Below are positions 42,901 to 51,662 of a stretch of DNA of 64,000 nt, in pieces. Source of the DNA: Alphaproteobacteria bacterium (GTDB lineage: Bacteria; Pseudomonadota; Alphaproteobacteria; UBA2966); the NCBI GenBank assembly GCA_965200265.1, contig OZ241357.1:106290-170289 (forward strand). The letters are read 5' to 3'. Position numbers and translations under genes: made by a program. The notes beneath the pieces were generated by a model that was not told the origin of the DNA, did not search any database, and saw nothing but the letters and a program-made list of their open reading frames with translations. Within the stretch, counting starts at the first letter, position 1. Each line of letters starts with the position of its first letter.

Positions 42901-43420
42901 CGAGGCCGTGGCCCGCAACTACTTCAAGCTGCTGGCCTACAAGGACGAATACGAGGTCGCGCGCCTCTACGCCGACAAGAGCTTTCTCGCCGATCTGAAC
43001 GCGCGGTTCGAGGGCGACTTCTCGCTCCGGTTTCATCTCGCGCCGCCCGTCTGGCCCCGCCGCGGCGCGCGGACCGGCGCGCCGCGAAAGCGCGAGTTCG
43101 GCCCCTGGATGCTGACCGTCTTCCGCGTCCTCGCCCGGTTCAAACGGCTCCGCGGCACCGCGTTCGACGTCTTCGGGCACACCCGGGAGCGCCGCATGGA
43201 GCGACGGCTGATAACGGAGTACGAGGACACGGTCGGCGAGCTGATCGACGGCCTCGCCGTCGACACTCACGCGCTGGCCGTCGAGATCGCCGCCCTGCCG
43301 TCGCGAATCCGGGGGTTCGGGCACGTGAAGGAACGGAACGTCGAGACGACGAAGGCGGAGGAACGGCATCTGCTGTCGCTCTTTCGGAGCCCGGCGCCGA
43401 GCGTGCGAGCCGCCGAATAG
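39953..43420 (+). CDS. Indolepyruvate:ferredoxin oxidoreductase family protein (fused alpha/beta)
   Basis: GFISGYRGSPLG, FCSGCPHN, GDGTFYHSG, CEGCGDC...CNKDYSCVDGFCP, GLAQKGG, YKDEYEVARL. Confidence 0.93.
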   Translation: MSLAAVSLDDKYTASSGRVFMTGMQALVRLPLMQRERDLAAGLNTAGFISGYRGSPLGGYDQALWQAEEHLKERHVRFVPGVNEDLALTAAWGSQQLHLYPDAGYDGVFAIWYGKGPGVDRSGDVFKQGNGHGTARHGGLLAIAGDDPAAKSSTSPHQTEHTFIGASMPVLVPADVREFIDFGLYGFALSRFSGLWVGFKTLSDNAESTAIVDIDPSRPAIVAPGDFELPADGLNLRWPDDRFEQEIRLYERKIPAALAFCRANSLNRTVLSGPRRRFGIVTAGKACLDVRQALDDLGIDAAAARELGIAVYKVGMVWPLEPEGMTAFARGLDEILVVEEKRGIVEEQLKDLLYHLPDGERPRIVGKSDENGASFIPVAGELGAPLVARAIARRIAPFHATDRIAEHLAFLDSKDADVASLDPEHRRTPYFCSGCPHNTGTKVPDGSFANAGIGCHWMALYMDRGTLTYTHMGGEGANWIGLAPFTGTPHLFQNMGDGTFYHSGLLAVRANVAAGTDMTYKILFNDAVAMTGGQPIEGRLTVSGIAWQVHAEGVARIAVTTDDPGKYPTGAGFPPGTTIHHRDELIEVQESLRDTPGVTVLIHDQTCAAEKRRRRKRGRFPDPAKRVFVNHRVCEGCGDCSTTANCVSIEPLETEFGRKRAINQSSCNKDYSCVDGFCPSFVTVHGGGVRRLAAGTDATAAAGPPEPELPAVDSPYGIVVTGVGGTGVVTVGALLGMAAHLEGKGCTILDMTGLAQKGGAVISHVRIAGTQDRLHAVRLGAGAADVLLGCDMVVAADKEALMRVRKGATRAVINSRMTPTSHFTLDPDVDFGEAHLRQVIRATAGDGLAEFVDATGLATALSGDAIATNLFLVGYAYQRGLIPVSAEAIRRAIELNGVAVESNLRAFDWGRAAAHDLARVEAAARPTFQGAAPVATDLEEIVAIREAELAAYQDAAYARRYRALVDRAAAAERSRARGMTGLAEAVARNYFKLLAYKDEYEVARLYADKSFLADLNARFEGDFSLRFHLAPPVWPRRGARTGAPRKREFGPWMLTVFRVLARFKRLRGTAFDVFGHTRERRMERRLITEYEDTVGELIDGLAVDTHALAVEIAALPSRIRGFGHVKERNVETTKAEERHLLSLFRSPAPSVRAAE

Positions 43421-43490
43421 GTCGGGCGACGGCGGCGCCGTCCGGTCGATTCACGAGGCGCTCCATGCGCCTCGGGGGCCGGGGGCGGGG

Positions 43491-44189
43491 CTACGGGCGG
43501 CGGCGCCTGGCGAGACAATCGAGGACTTCGAGGCCGCCCAGGGTCAGGGCGGCGCAGGCGAGGCCGTCGCGGATCGGGCGAAGGTGGGACTTGCGTCCCG
43601 ATATGGCGGGCGCCATGGCGACCGGACCTTCGACGATGCGCAGACCCGCCTTGTTCACCCGAATGACGATCTCGGTCTGCGCGCCCATGCCGTGGCAGCG
43701 GATCGGCAGATCGCGGATCGACGCGGTGCGGAACAGGCGCACCCCGGCATGCATGTCCGAGAGCGGGATTCCCCGCACGCAACGCGCCAGCAGGGTGAGT
43801 GCGGGCATACCGACCTTCGCGTTGTACCAGGGGCGGGTGCTCGAAATGCGCCGACCCAGCAGGAAATCCGCGCCCGAACGCTTGAATTCGTCGACAAGCC
43901 GGGGAAGGAACGGTTCGAGAGGCCACTCGCCGTCGCCATCGGTGACCGCGCACAAGGGCGTCTCGACCGAAGCGAACACGGCGCGCCAGGCGTGGCCGAA
44001 ACCGGGTTCGGGCACGAAGACGACCTTCGCGCCCGCCTCCCGGGCGCGGTCGCGCGAATCGTCGGTCGACGCGTTGTCGATGACCAGGAGCCGGGCGCCG
44101 GGCGCGGCGCGGCGTGCGTCCTCGAGGACCGTGGGAAGCGTCTTCGCTTCGTTGCGGCAGAACACCGCGATGGTGAGTGTCGAGTGCAT
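43491..44189 (-). CDS. Glycosyltransferase family 2 (polyprenol-phosphate sugar synthase-like)
   Basis: CRNEA, VIDNASTD, DGDG, SHLRPIRDG. Confidence 0.85.
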   Translation of the reverse strand: MHSTLTIAVFCRNEAKTLPTVLEDARRAAPGARLLVIDNASTDDSRDRAREAGAKVVFVPEPGFGHAWRAVFASVETPLCAVTDGDGEWPLEPFLPRLVDEFKRSGADFLLGRRISSTRPWYNAKVGMPALTLLARCVRGIPLSDMHAGVRLFRTASIRDLPIRCHGMGAQTEIVIRVNKAGLRIVEGPVAMAPAISGRKSHLRPIRDGLACAALTLGGLEVLDCLARRRRP

Positions 44190-44368
44190 TTCAGGTCGAC
44201 CGGATCATGCGCCGGATGGATTGACCGTTTCCGTTGCGGCGGTCAGCCGGCATTTCTCATCCCGGTCGCGGCCTGTGCGGCATCGCCGCGGCCACAGGGC
44301 GGGAAAGGCGCGGCGCGGGCGGCTCCGTCCGCCTGTCCACGGGGCGCCGCGGGTCGCGCAGAAGCGAC

Positions 44369-46066
44369 TCACGCGCCGGCGTCCGGTTGCGCCCGATCCC
44401 CGTCCGGGAGCGTTTCGTAGATATACAGATGGAAATTCTCATCCTTGACGATGGCTCCCGTGAAGGACGCGAGGTGCCGGAGACGTCGTTCCTCGGGCGG
44501 AAACAGCAACTCGACGGTGAGAATCATCAGGACCTTGCCGTCGTTGCGGGCGGCCAGGGCCTGTGTCTGCAACAACAAGGCCGCATCCCGGATGGTGCCT
44601 TTCGGTCCGGCGCCGATCCGCGCCCCGTCGTAACGCACGAAAGATCCCTCCCGGTTTCCATGCACGTAGTGGATCCGCTTCTCCGGCGACAGGTGCCCGA
44701 CCACCGCGCTGGCGGGCCAGTCCGGGTAACCGATCATCGGCAGGGATTCCAGACCGTTGGCCCGGATGTATTCGGCTGTGCGTTCCGCGAGAGAAAAAGG
44801 GTGCTCCACTTCGATGGCGACGGCCCTCAAACCGCCGAAGGCGTGCATCGCCAGGAGGCCCGTCAGCAAAAGGCTGCCGATACGTCTCGTGTAGATCGTG
44901 CGGCGGGCTTCCGGGTCGGGGTCGGCGGCGAGGCCGGTCAGGTGCCTTCCGCCCCAGACCAGAATCAGAAGGGAGATCAGAAGAAAGCCGTGATGCCTGA
45001 AAGAACCGTAATGAACCATGTAGAAAAAGGCGAGGAACCCCAGGACGAGGCAGAGAAACAGGAGCAGCGCGACGGTCTTGCGCCAGCAGAAGGCGGCGAC
45101 GACAGCCAGAAGCGCCAGCGCCGTCGCTACTCCGTGGACGGCCCCCAGCTGCCCCGGACTGTTCACCGGATCGGCCACCACCGGCAGGAAGTCCGGGTCG
45201 ATGGGGGAGAAAACGACGAAGGGAATGGTTTTCAGGCACGCCGCCAGCCACGCCGGGTTCCATTCCAGGTACCACGAATGACGCCAAGTCGCGCTCATCG
45301 AGGACAGGGTCACGTCGGCCGGCGGAATCATTTGCAGCACCGCGAGCAGGATTCCGGCGGCGGCGACGGCGAAGCCGGCGTAGACCCTGCGCGTGTCCAC
45401 CGCGCGATCTTCCGCCAGGGCGCGGCGCTCGAGCGCGTAATCAAGCATGAGCGCAAGCAGCAGGCCGATGGCGACGATACAGGCGTGGGCGCTGGTGTTG
45501 CTCATGAGGGCCAGCGCCAGCCCCAGCCACAGCGGCCTTCGGTAGCGATGCCGCAGAAGCGCGCAGGCCACGACCACGAACAGCAGGCCGAGCGCATAGT
45601 TGCGGGACATCACCCCGTATTCGAAGAGAGGAAAATAGCCGAAGGCGAACAGGGTCTTCTGCAACGGACCGAACGGCGCGTACCTGGCGACGACGAAGAT
45701 GACCGCGGAGGCGATCGCCCAATGGAGAATCTGCATCCCCACGGGAGAAGGCGTCAGCCGGGTGACCGGCAGCAGCAACAGCTGCCACAGCTTCGGGATC
45801 GTCTCGTATTCCATGTTGCGGAACAGATCCAGCGGTCCCGTGCTGTCGCGCGGGAGCATCCAGTGCTGGAGCTCATCGCGCCACAGTTCGTGGTGGAACA
45901 TGGCGAAGGCCAGCACGAGGGCGTAGGCCGCGGTCAGCGCCGGGGCGAACCACAAGGGCTCGTCGACGGGGGAGACGACGGCGGAGATCAGCCGGGACTT
46001 CGTTTTCCCGTCGGGATGGTGCTTGCGGGAGGCGGCGCGTCGATTTCTCCGGCCGCGTCCGCTCAC
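44369..46066 (-). CDS. Polytopic membrane protein, GT-C-like glycosyltransferase candidate
   Basis: HHELWRDELQHW acidic first loop, YFPLFEYGVMSRNY, many TM segments, soluble C-terminus; GTG start overlapping DUF1244 stop. Confidence 0.7.
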   Translation of the reverse strand: MSGRGRRNRRAASRKHHPDGKTKSRLISAVVSPVDEPLWFAPALTAAYALVLAFAMFHHELWRDELQHWMLPRDSTGPLDLFRNMEYETIPKLWQLLLLPVTRLTPSPVGMQILHWAIASAVIFVVARYAPFGPLQKTLFAFGYFPLFEYGVMSRNYALGLLFVVVACALLRHRYRRPLWLGLALALMSNTSAHACIVAIGLLLALMLDYALERRALAEDRAVDTRRVYAGFAVAAAGILLAVLQMIPPADVTLSSMSATWRHSWYLEWNPAWLAACLKTIPFVVFSPIDPDFLPVVADPVNSPGQLGAVHGVATALALLAVVAAFCWRKTVALLLFLCLVLGFLAFFYMVHYGSFRHHGFLLISLLILVWGGRHLTGLAADPDPEARRTIYTRRIGSLLLTGLLAMHAFGGLRAVAIEVEHPFSLAERTAEYIRANGLESLPMIGYPDWPASAVVGHLSPEKRIHYVHGNREGSFVRYDGARIGAGPKGTIRDAALLLQTQALAARNDGKVLMILTVELLFPPEERRLRHLASFTGAIVKDENFHLYIYETLPDGDRAQPDAGA

Positions 46067-46380
46067 GAACGCTCTTCCTTCGGCGCCTCCCCGAACGCCG
46101 CGAGCTGTTCCGGCGTGGCCTCCGCCTGGTATCTCGACTTCCATTCCGGATACGGCATCCCGTAGACGATCTCGCGGGCGTCGTCGTAACTCATCTCGAG
46201 ACCCCGTTCCTCCGCCTCGGCGCGATACCATTTGGACAGGCAGTTCCGGCAGAATCCGGCGAGGTTCATGAGATCGATGTTCTGCACGTCCGTCCGCTCG
46301 CGCAGATGGTCGACGAGCGTGCGGAACGCCGCCGCTTCGAGCTCGGTGCGGGTCTTTTCGTCGAGCGTCTTCTCGTCCAT
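46063..46380 (-). CDS. DUF1244 domain protein
   Basis: ELEAAAFR, DVQNIDLMNLAGFCRNCLSKWY, VYGMPYPEWK; SD GGAGG. Confidence 0.9.
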   Translation of the reverse strand: MDEKTLDEKTRTELEAAAFRTLVDHLRERTDVQNIDLMNLAGFCRNCLSKWYRAEAEERGLEMSYDDAREIVYGMPYPEWKSRYQAEATPEQLAAFGEAPKEERS

Positions 46381-46466
46381 GTCCGACCTCCGTGGCTGGC
46401 ACGCGAAATTCCCCGATTCATACCGCGACGAAGGCCCCAAGGCCACCCGGTGGGCAAGTCGGACGC

Positions 46467-47609
46467 TCAGTCGCCGACGCCGGCGACGGTTTCCTCGATC
46501 AGCCAGTCGACGACCGCGCGCAGCGCCTCGGCCGTGTCCGCGCCCGCCTCCAGCGCCGACCTGTAGACGGCGAGCTGGCGCTGCGCGCTCGTCCCTCGGG
46601 CCACGATGTCGCGCGCGTGCTCGACCTCGGCGACGCAGCCCAGCGCCTGCGCGTCCTCGCCAACGATCTCGACGATCTCCTCCAGCAACTCGGGATAGGG
46701 CACGGGCTCGCCCTTGCCGAAATCGACGAGCTCGCCGCCCGGACCATGACGTTGCGCCAGCCATCGGTTCTCGTCGATGAGGGTCCGCGGATAGATGCGC
46801 CAGCGCTGGTTTCCCTGGCGCAGGCGGTACAGCATCCGGATCAGACAGACGTAGACGGCGGCGATCGTGATCGCGTCGTCGAGACGGGTGCACACGTCGC
46901 AGATGCGCATTTCCAGCGTCGGGAAGCGGGCGCTGGGGCGCACGTCCCACCACAGCTTGCTGGCGTCCTCGATCAGGCCCGCCGACACCATCTGGCCGAC
47001 GAGCCGCTGATACTCGCCGTAGCTCTCGAACAGGTCCGGGATGCCGGTCCTCGGCAACCCGTCGAAGACGCTCAGCCGATAGGACATCAGGCCCGTTTCC
47101 AGCCCTCCCCAGAACGGCGAGGACGCGCTCAGCGCCAGCAGGTGGGGCATGAAGTAGCGCGCCTGGCCCATCAGGTCGATGCGCAGATCCTCGTCCTCTA
47201 TGCCGAGATGGACGTGGAGGCCGCAGATCACCAGACGCCGGGCGAGAGCCTGAAGGTCCCGGGCCAGTACGTTGTAGCGTTCCTTGTCGGTGTGCTTCTG
47301 GTCGTGCCAGTCGGCGAACGGGTGCGTCGCCGCCGCGATGGGCGCGAGATCGTGCCGGGCGGCCACGTCCGCCACCGTCGCGCGCAGGCGCGAGAGATCG
47401 GCCCGGGCCTCGGCGATGGAGCGGCACACGCGGGTTCCGACCTCGATCTGCGCCCGCAGGAACTCGGGACTTACCTGATCCGTCAGCCGTTTCTCGCACT
47501 CCGCCATCATCGCCGGCGGCGGCTCCGCACACAGGTCGCGCGTCTCCCGATCGACCAGAAGGTATTCCTCCTCGATCCCGATGGTGAATGCCGGCTCCCG
47601 CGGGGCCAT
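46467..47609 (-). CDS. Carboxylate-amine ligase (YbdK / glutamate-cysteine ligase family 2)
   Basis: [47 protein letters not shown]. Confidence 0.92.
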   Translation of the reverse strand: MAPREPAFTIGIEEEYLLVDRETRDLCAEPPPAMMAECEKRLTDQVSPEFLRAQIEVGTRVCRSIAEARADLSRLRATVADVAARHDLAPIAAATHPFADWHDQKHTDKERYNVLARDLQALARRLVICGLHVHLGIEDEDLRIDLMGQARYFMPHLLALSASSPFWGGLETGLMSYRLSVFDGLPRTGIPDLFESYGEYQRLVGQMVSAGLIEDASKLWWDVRPSARFPTLEMRICDVCTRLDDAITIAAVYVCLIRMLYRLRQGNQRWRIYPRTLIDENRWLAQRHGPGGELVDFGKGEPVPYPELLEEIVEIVGEDAQALGCVAEVEHARDIVARGTSAQRQLAVYRSALEAGADTAEALRAVVDWLIEETVAGVGD

Positions 47610-47620
47610 GCCGTCCTCCT

Positions 47621-48445
47621 TCAGTAGCGTTCGACGTCGAAGGGACCTTCGCGCTCGACGACGCCGGCGACGACCCGTCCCACCCGCGCCGCCCAGAACT
47701 CCGCGCCGTGGCGGGTATCCACGAGATCCTGCCGCACCTCGATCAGCACGTGGGGAATGCCCCGGTCGCCGCCGTGGGCGTGGATCGAGTAGCCCTCCGA
47801 GTCGCGGCCCGAATAGGGCCGGTTGTCGCCGACGACGACGTCGGGCCACTCGGACAGCGCGGCGATCAGCGGCCGCGCAAGGCGCGGGTCGCGGTTCCAC
47901 AGGATACCCAGGTGCCACGGCCGTTCGTACCCGTCCATGACCGGCGTGAAGGTGTGCACGGCGACGTAGGCGGGCACGACGCCCCGGCCGGCGAACCGCG
48001 CCAGCGCCGCGTCCACCGCCTCGTGGAACGGGTGGAAATAGGCGTCCTGGCGGCGCTCGATCTCGGCGTCGTCGAGCCTTTCGTTGCCCGGAATCCCGAT
48101 GCCGTCGCTGACTGCGGGGATCGACGTCGCGTGTCCGGGCCGGCGGTTGCAGTCGATCAGCAGACGCGAGTAGCCGGACAGCACCGCCGGGGCGTCGAGC
48201 GCCTTCGACATGCGCCGCGTGATGTCCGCCGCGCCGATGTCGAACGCGATGTGACGGCGCAACAGCTCGGGATCGAGGCCCAGCGCGCCACAGGCCGCGG
48301 GCAGGGCGTTGCTCGCGTGATCGCAGACCAGCAGGATATCCGCCGTCCCCGCCTCGTTCAGCGTCGCGAACGGAGGCGGGTCGGAGACGGCGTCGCCCCT
48401 CTCCGCCTCGGCCGGAGCGCCGGCCTGTCCGCGCGCGTCGGTCAT
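47621..48445 (-). CDS. N-formylglutamate amidohydrolase family protein
   Basis: [40 protein letters not shown]. Confidence 0.9.
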   Translation of the reverse strand: MTDARGQAGAPAEAERGDAVSDPPPFATLNEAGTADILLVCDHASNALPAACGALGLDPELLRRHIAFDIGAADITRRMSKALDAPAVLSGYSRLLIDCNRRPGHATSIPAVSDGIGIPGNERLDDAEIERRQDAYFHPFHEAVDAALARFAGRGVVPAYVAVHTFTPVMDGYERPWHLGILWNRDPRLARPLIAALSEWPDVVVGDNRPYSGRDSEGYSIHAHGGDRGIPHVLIEVRQDLVDTRHGAEFWAARVGRVVAGVVEREGPFDVERY

Positions 48446-48534
48446 GGCGCCGCATGATACCGGCATCGCTGGCGCCGGCGAAGGCGTCGGAGTATTGATC
48501 GCCTTCCAACCGCGGCGAGGGTTCACGCATCCCC

Positions 48535-49473
48535 ATGACCAACCCGCGGGCCGCCCGGACGGCCCTTGCGATCCTCGCCGTCGGCGCGCTGCTCGTCGCG
48601 TTCTCGCCCGTCTTCGTGCGTCTCAGCGAGCTGGGGCCGACGGCTACGGCGTTCCACCGCGCGTTCCTGGCCTTGCCCGTGCTGTGCGTCTGGACGGCCC
48701 TCGGGAACGCGGGCGCGCGTGGAGGCACGCCGGCTCCGCGGCGGCCCGGCCGTCGCGACGTGTGGTTGCTGGCGCTCGCCGGGCTGTTCTTCGCCGGAGA
48801 CCTCGCGACCTGGCATTGGGCGGTGACGCTGACGTCGGTCGCCAACGCCACCCTGTTCGCCAACACCGCGCCGATCTTCGTCACCGTCGGCGCCTGGGTG
48901 GCGTTCGGCGAGCGAATCACGCCGCTGTTTCTCGTCGCGCTGCTGGTTGCCCTCTGCGGCGCGGCGATGGTGGTGGGGAGCAGCCTCGATCTCGACCGCG
49001 CCCACATCCTGGGCGACGGGATCGGGGTGGCGACGGGCGTGTTCTGGGCCGCCTATCAGCTTACGGTCAAGCATCTGCGGTCCCGCCTCCCGGCCGCCAC
49101 GATCATGGCGTGGTCCAGCCTGGTCACGGCGGCGGCGCTCCTGCCGCTGGCCGTCGTCTCCGGCGAGGGCCTCCTGCCCGCCACCCTGTACGGCTGGGGC
49201 ATCCTTCTCGCGCTCGCCTGGCTCTCTCACGCGGGGGGACAGGGCGCCATCGCCTACGCGCTCGCTCACCTGCCGGCCGGCTTCTCGTCGCTCGTCATCC
49301 TGATCGAGCCCCCGGCGGCGGCGATCCTCGCCTGGCTCGTCCTCGACGAGAGTCTCGGACCTCTTCAGGCGGCGGGCGGGGCGGTGGTCCTGGCTTCCAT
49401 CGTCGTGGCCCGGCGCGCGACGCCGGCGCTGGCGCGCGGCCGGCGGGAGCGCCGGGGATCGGCCGTGCCATGA
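48535..49473 (+). CDS. DMT/EamA family transporter
   Basis: About 10 TM helices, [13 protein letters not shown] motif in second repeat. Confidence 0.9.
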   Translation: MTNPRAARTALAILAVGALLVAFSPVFVRLSELGPTATAFHRAFLALPVLCVWTALGNAGARGGTPAPRRPGRRDVWLLALAGLFFAGDLATWHWAVTLTSVANATLFANTAPIFVTVGAWVAFGERITPLFLVALLVALCGAAMVVGSSLDLDRAHILGDGIGVATGVFWAAYQLTVKHLRSRLPAATIMAWSSLVTAAALLPLAVVSGEGLLPATLYGWGILLALAWLSHAGGQGAIAYALAHLPAGFSSLVILIEPPAAAILAWLVLDESLGPLQAAGGAVVLASIVVARRATPALARGRRERRGSAVP

Positions 49474-50732
49474 GCCGCGCGGGAGCGGCGCTGCTGGCCG
49501 GGATGTTCCGGAGCGCCGTCGACGCGGTCCGGCCGGACCGGCGCCTCGGCGATCATCTCCCCGCCGCTCCCGACGGCGACCTCGTCGTGGTCGGCGCCGG
49601 CAAGGCCGCCGCCGCCATGGCGCGCGTGGCCGTGGAGCGCTATGGCGCCGCCCGGGGCGTCGTCGTCACGCGCCACGGCCACGGCCTGGACAAGGCCCGG
49701 ATCGGCGGCGTGGACGTCGTCGAGGCCGGACACCCGATCCCCGACCGGGCGGGCGTCGCCGCCGCGACCCGGATTGTGGACATGGTACGGAACCGCGGGC
49801 CTCGGGACCTGATCCTCTGTCTCCTCTCCGGCGGCGGGTCCGCCCTGCTGAGCCTGCCGGCTCCGGGACTGTCCCTCGACGACAAGCGGACGGTGACGCG
49901 GGACCTCGTCGCCTGCGGCGCGACGATCGACGAGATCAATTGCGTGCGCAAGCATCTCTCGGCCGTGAAGGGCGGACGCCTGGCCGCCGCGGCCCATCCG
50001 GCGCCCGTCGTCGCGCTCGCCATCTCCGACGTCGCCGGGGACGACCCCTCGGTCATCGCGTCCGGCCCCACCGTCGCCGATCCGACGACGTTTGCCGACG
50101 CCCGCCGCGTGCTGGAGAAGTTCGGCATCGATCCGCCGCCCGCCGTGGCGCGTCACCTGCGACGGGCGGTCGGCGAAACGCCGAAGCCGGGCGCTCCGGT
50201 TCTGGAGGGCGCGCGCTTCCGGGTCGTGGCCACCGGCGCCGATGCGCTCGCGGCCGCCGCGCGCGTGGCTCGGGAGGCGGGGCTGGAGCCGGTCTCGCTG
50301 GGCGATGCGGTCGAGGGCGAGGCGCGCGAGGTGGCGCGGGCTCACGCCGCCCTGGCGCGCGCCCACCGCGCGCAGGGGAAGGCCGTGGCGCTGCTGTCCG
50401 GCGGTGAGACGACGGTCGCCGTGCGGGGGACCGGCGACGGCGGACCCAACATGGAATACGCGCTCGCCCTGGCGGTCGCGCTGGCGGGCGCGGAGGGGAT
50501 CTCGGCCATCGCCTGCGACACGGACGGGATCGACGGCAACGGGGACAGTGCCGGGGCGATGGTGTTCCCGGACACGCTGTCGCGGGCGCGGGCGCTGGGC
50601 CTCGATGCGGAGAAGCACCTCGGCGACAACGATTCCCACGGGTTCTTCGCCCCGCTCGGCGACTTGGTGAAACCGGGACCCACCCTCACCAACGTGAACG
50701 ATTTCCGGGCCATCGTCGTCGCTCCCGCGTGA
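49470..50732 (+). CDS. Glycerate 2-kinase (MOFRL/TtuD family)
   Basis: GAGKAAA, GHPIPD, SGGGSAL, SGGETTV, TDGIDG, TLTNVNDF. Confidence 0.92.
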   Translation: MSRAGAALLAGMFRSAVDAVRPDRRLGDHLPAAPDGDLVVVGAGKAAAAMARVAVERYGAARGVVVTRHGHGLDKARIGGVDVVEAGHPIPDRAGVAAATRIVDMVRNRGPRDLILCLLSGGGSALLSLPAPGLSLDDKRTVTRDLVACGATIDEINCVRKHLSAVKGGRLAAAAHPAPVVALAISDVAGDDPSVIASGPTVADPTTFADARRVLEKFGIDPPPAVARHLRRAVGETPKPGAPVLEGARFRVVATGADALAAAARVAREAGLEPVSLGDAVEGEAREVARAHAALARAHRAQGKAVALLSGGETTVAVRGTGDGGPNMEYALALAVALAGAEGISAIACDTDGIDGNGDSAGAMVFPDTLSRARALGLDAEKHLGDNDSHGFFAPLGDLVKPGPTLTNVNDFRAIVVAPA

Positions 50733-50830
50733 CCGCCGACAGGACCGCTCTCGAAACCGGTCCTGCCAAGCGCGCGGCCCGGTCGACGGGATACGCCCTT
50801 TCGCCAAGCCGTACCGGCACGGGCCAGCGG

Positions 50831-51499
50831 CTACCGGGGACCGTCGTTGACACGAGGAAAATCGACTAACCCCCAGACTTCGGACTCCGGGTCTTCTTTG
50901 ATATCGGCCTGCATGATCTTCAGAATCAACGGCACCAGGGACTCCATGATCTGGCTGCCGTCCCTCACTTGATCCTGGCCCCAACCTTTCTCGAAGGTCG
51001 CGCCACCGTGGATGATCTGATTGCGTAGCGTACAGAGCCGCATGAACAACACCACCAGTACGTGATGGGCGTCTCCTTTATCCATGGAATGCCGCACGGA
51101 ACGGTTGAAATTAGAAAAATTGGCCTTCCAGTTCCTTCCAGCAGTTGAACCTCGAACTGCATCCCAGAACGGGGCAAAGATATAACGGTTTTTCAAAAGG
51201 TCGTGAATCTGGCCAGAGTAAGTACGAAGCGTTTTCTCCAGAATTCCATTATCGTCCCGCTTCAGGATTTCCTGCAGGAAAGTCCGGTGCTTCTCGCGTT
51301 CGCTCCGCTGTTCATAGGGATGAGAAGGGTGAGCTTCGTAGCCGTAGGCGGCGTTGAACGCGATCCAGAGAAAGATGAACCTCTCGGTGTCGTCCTTGGC
51401 GTCCTTGCTGCGCCGAAGCCAACTCTTGGCGCGGCGCAGACGATCTTCGTTGTGTTGGCGCTGGGGAATTTGGCGGATGGTCCTCGGGATGTTCATCAT
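50831..51499 (-). CDS. Stand-alone HEPN domain protein (putative RNase)
   Basis: FIFLWIAFNAAY and R-x4-H motif LRNQIIHGG; visibly lower GC than neighbours. Confidence 0.8.
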   Translation of the reverse strand: MMNIPRTIRQIPQRQHNEDRLRRAKSWLRRSKDAKDDTERFIFLWIAFNAAYGYEAHPSHPYEQRSEREKHRTFLQEILKRDDNGILEKTLRTYSGQIHDLLKNRYIFAPFWDAVRGSTAGRNWKANFSNFNRSVRHSMDKGDAHHVLVVLFMRLCTLRNQIIHGGATFEKGWGQDQVRDGSQIMESLVPLILKIMQADIKEDPESEVWGLVDFPRVNDGPR

Positions 51500-51662
51500 T
51501 GGTCCTCGTTTTCACGTTGCGCCGGCCGATGGCGGGATGCGGCGTTCGGGGGTTGGCCGATAAGCATATCGAAATCGGCGGCGTCTGGCCGGGCGGGAAG
51601 TCCGCGCGATATGGTAACCTCGGAATCCAGCACGTAGACAGCCGATGAGGAGGCGCGCGCTG

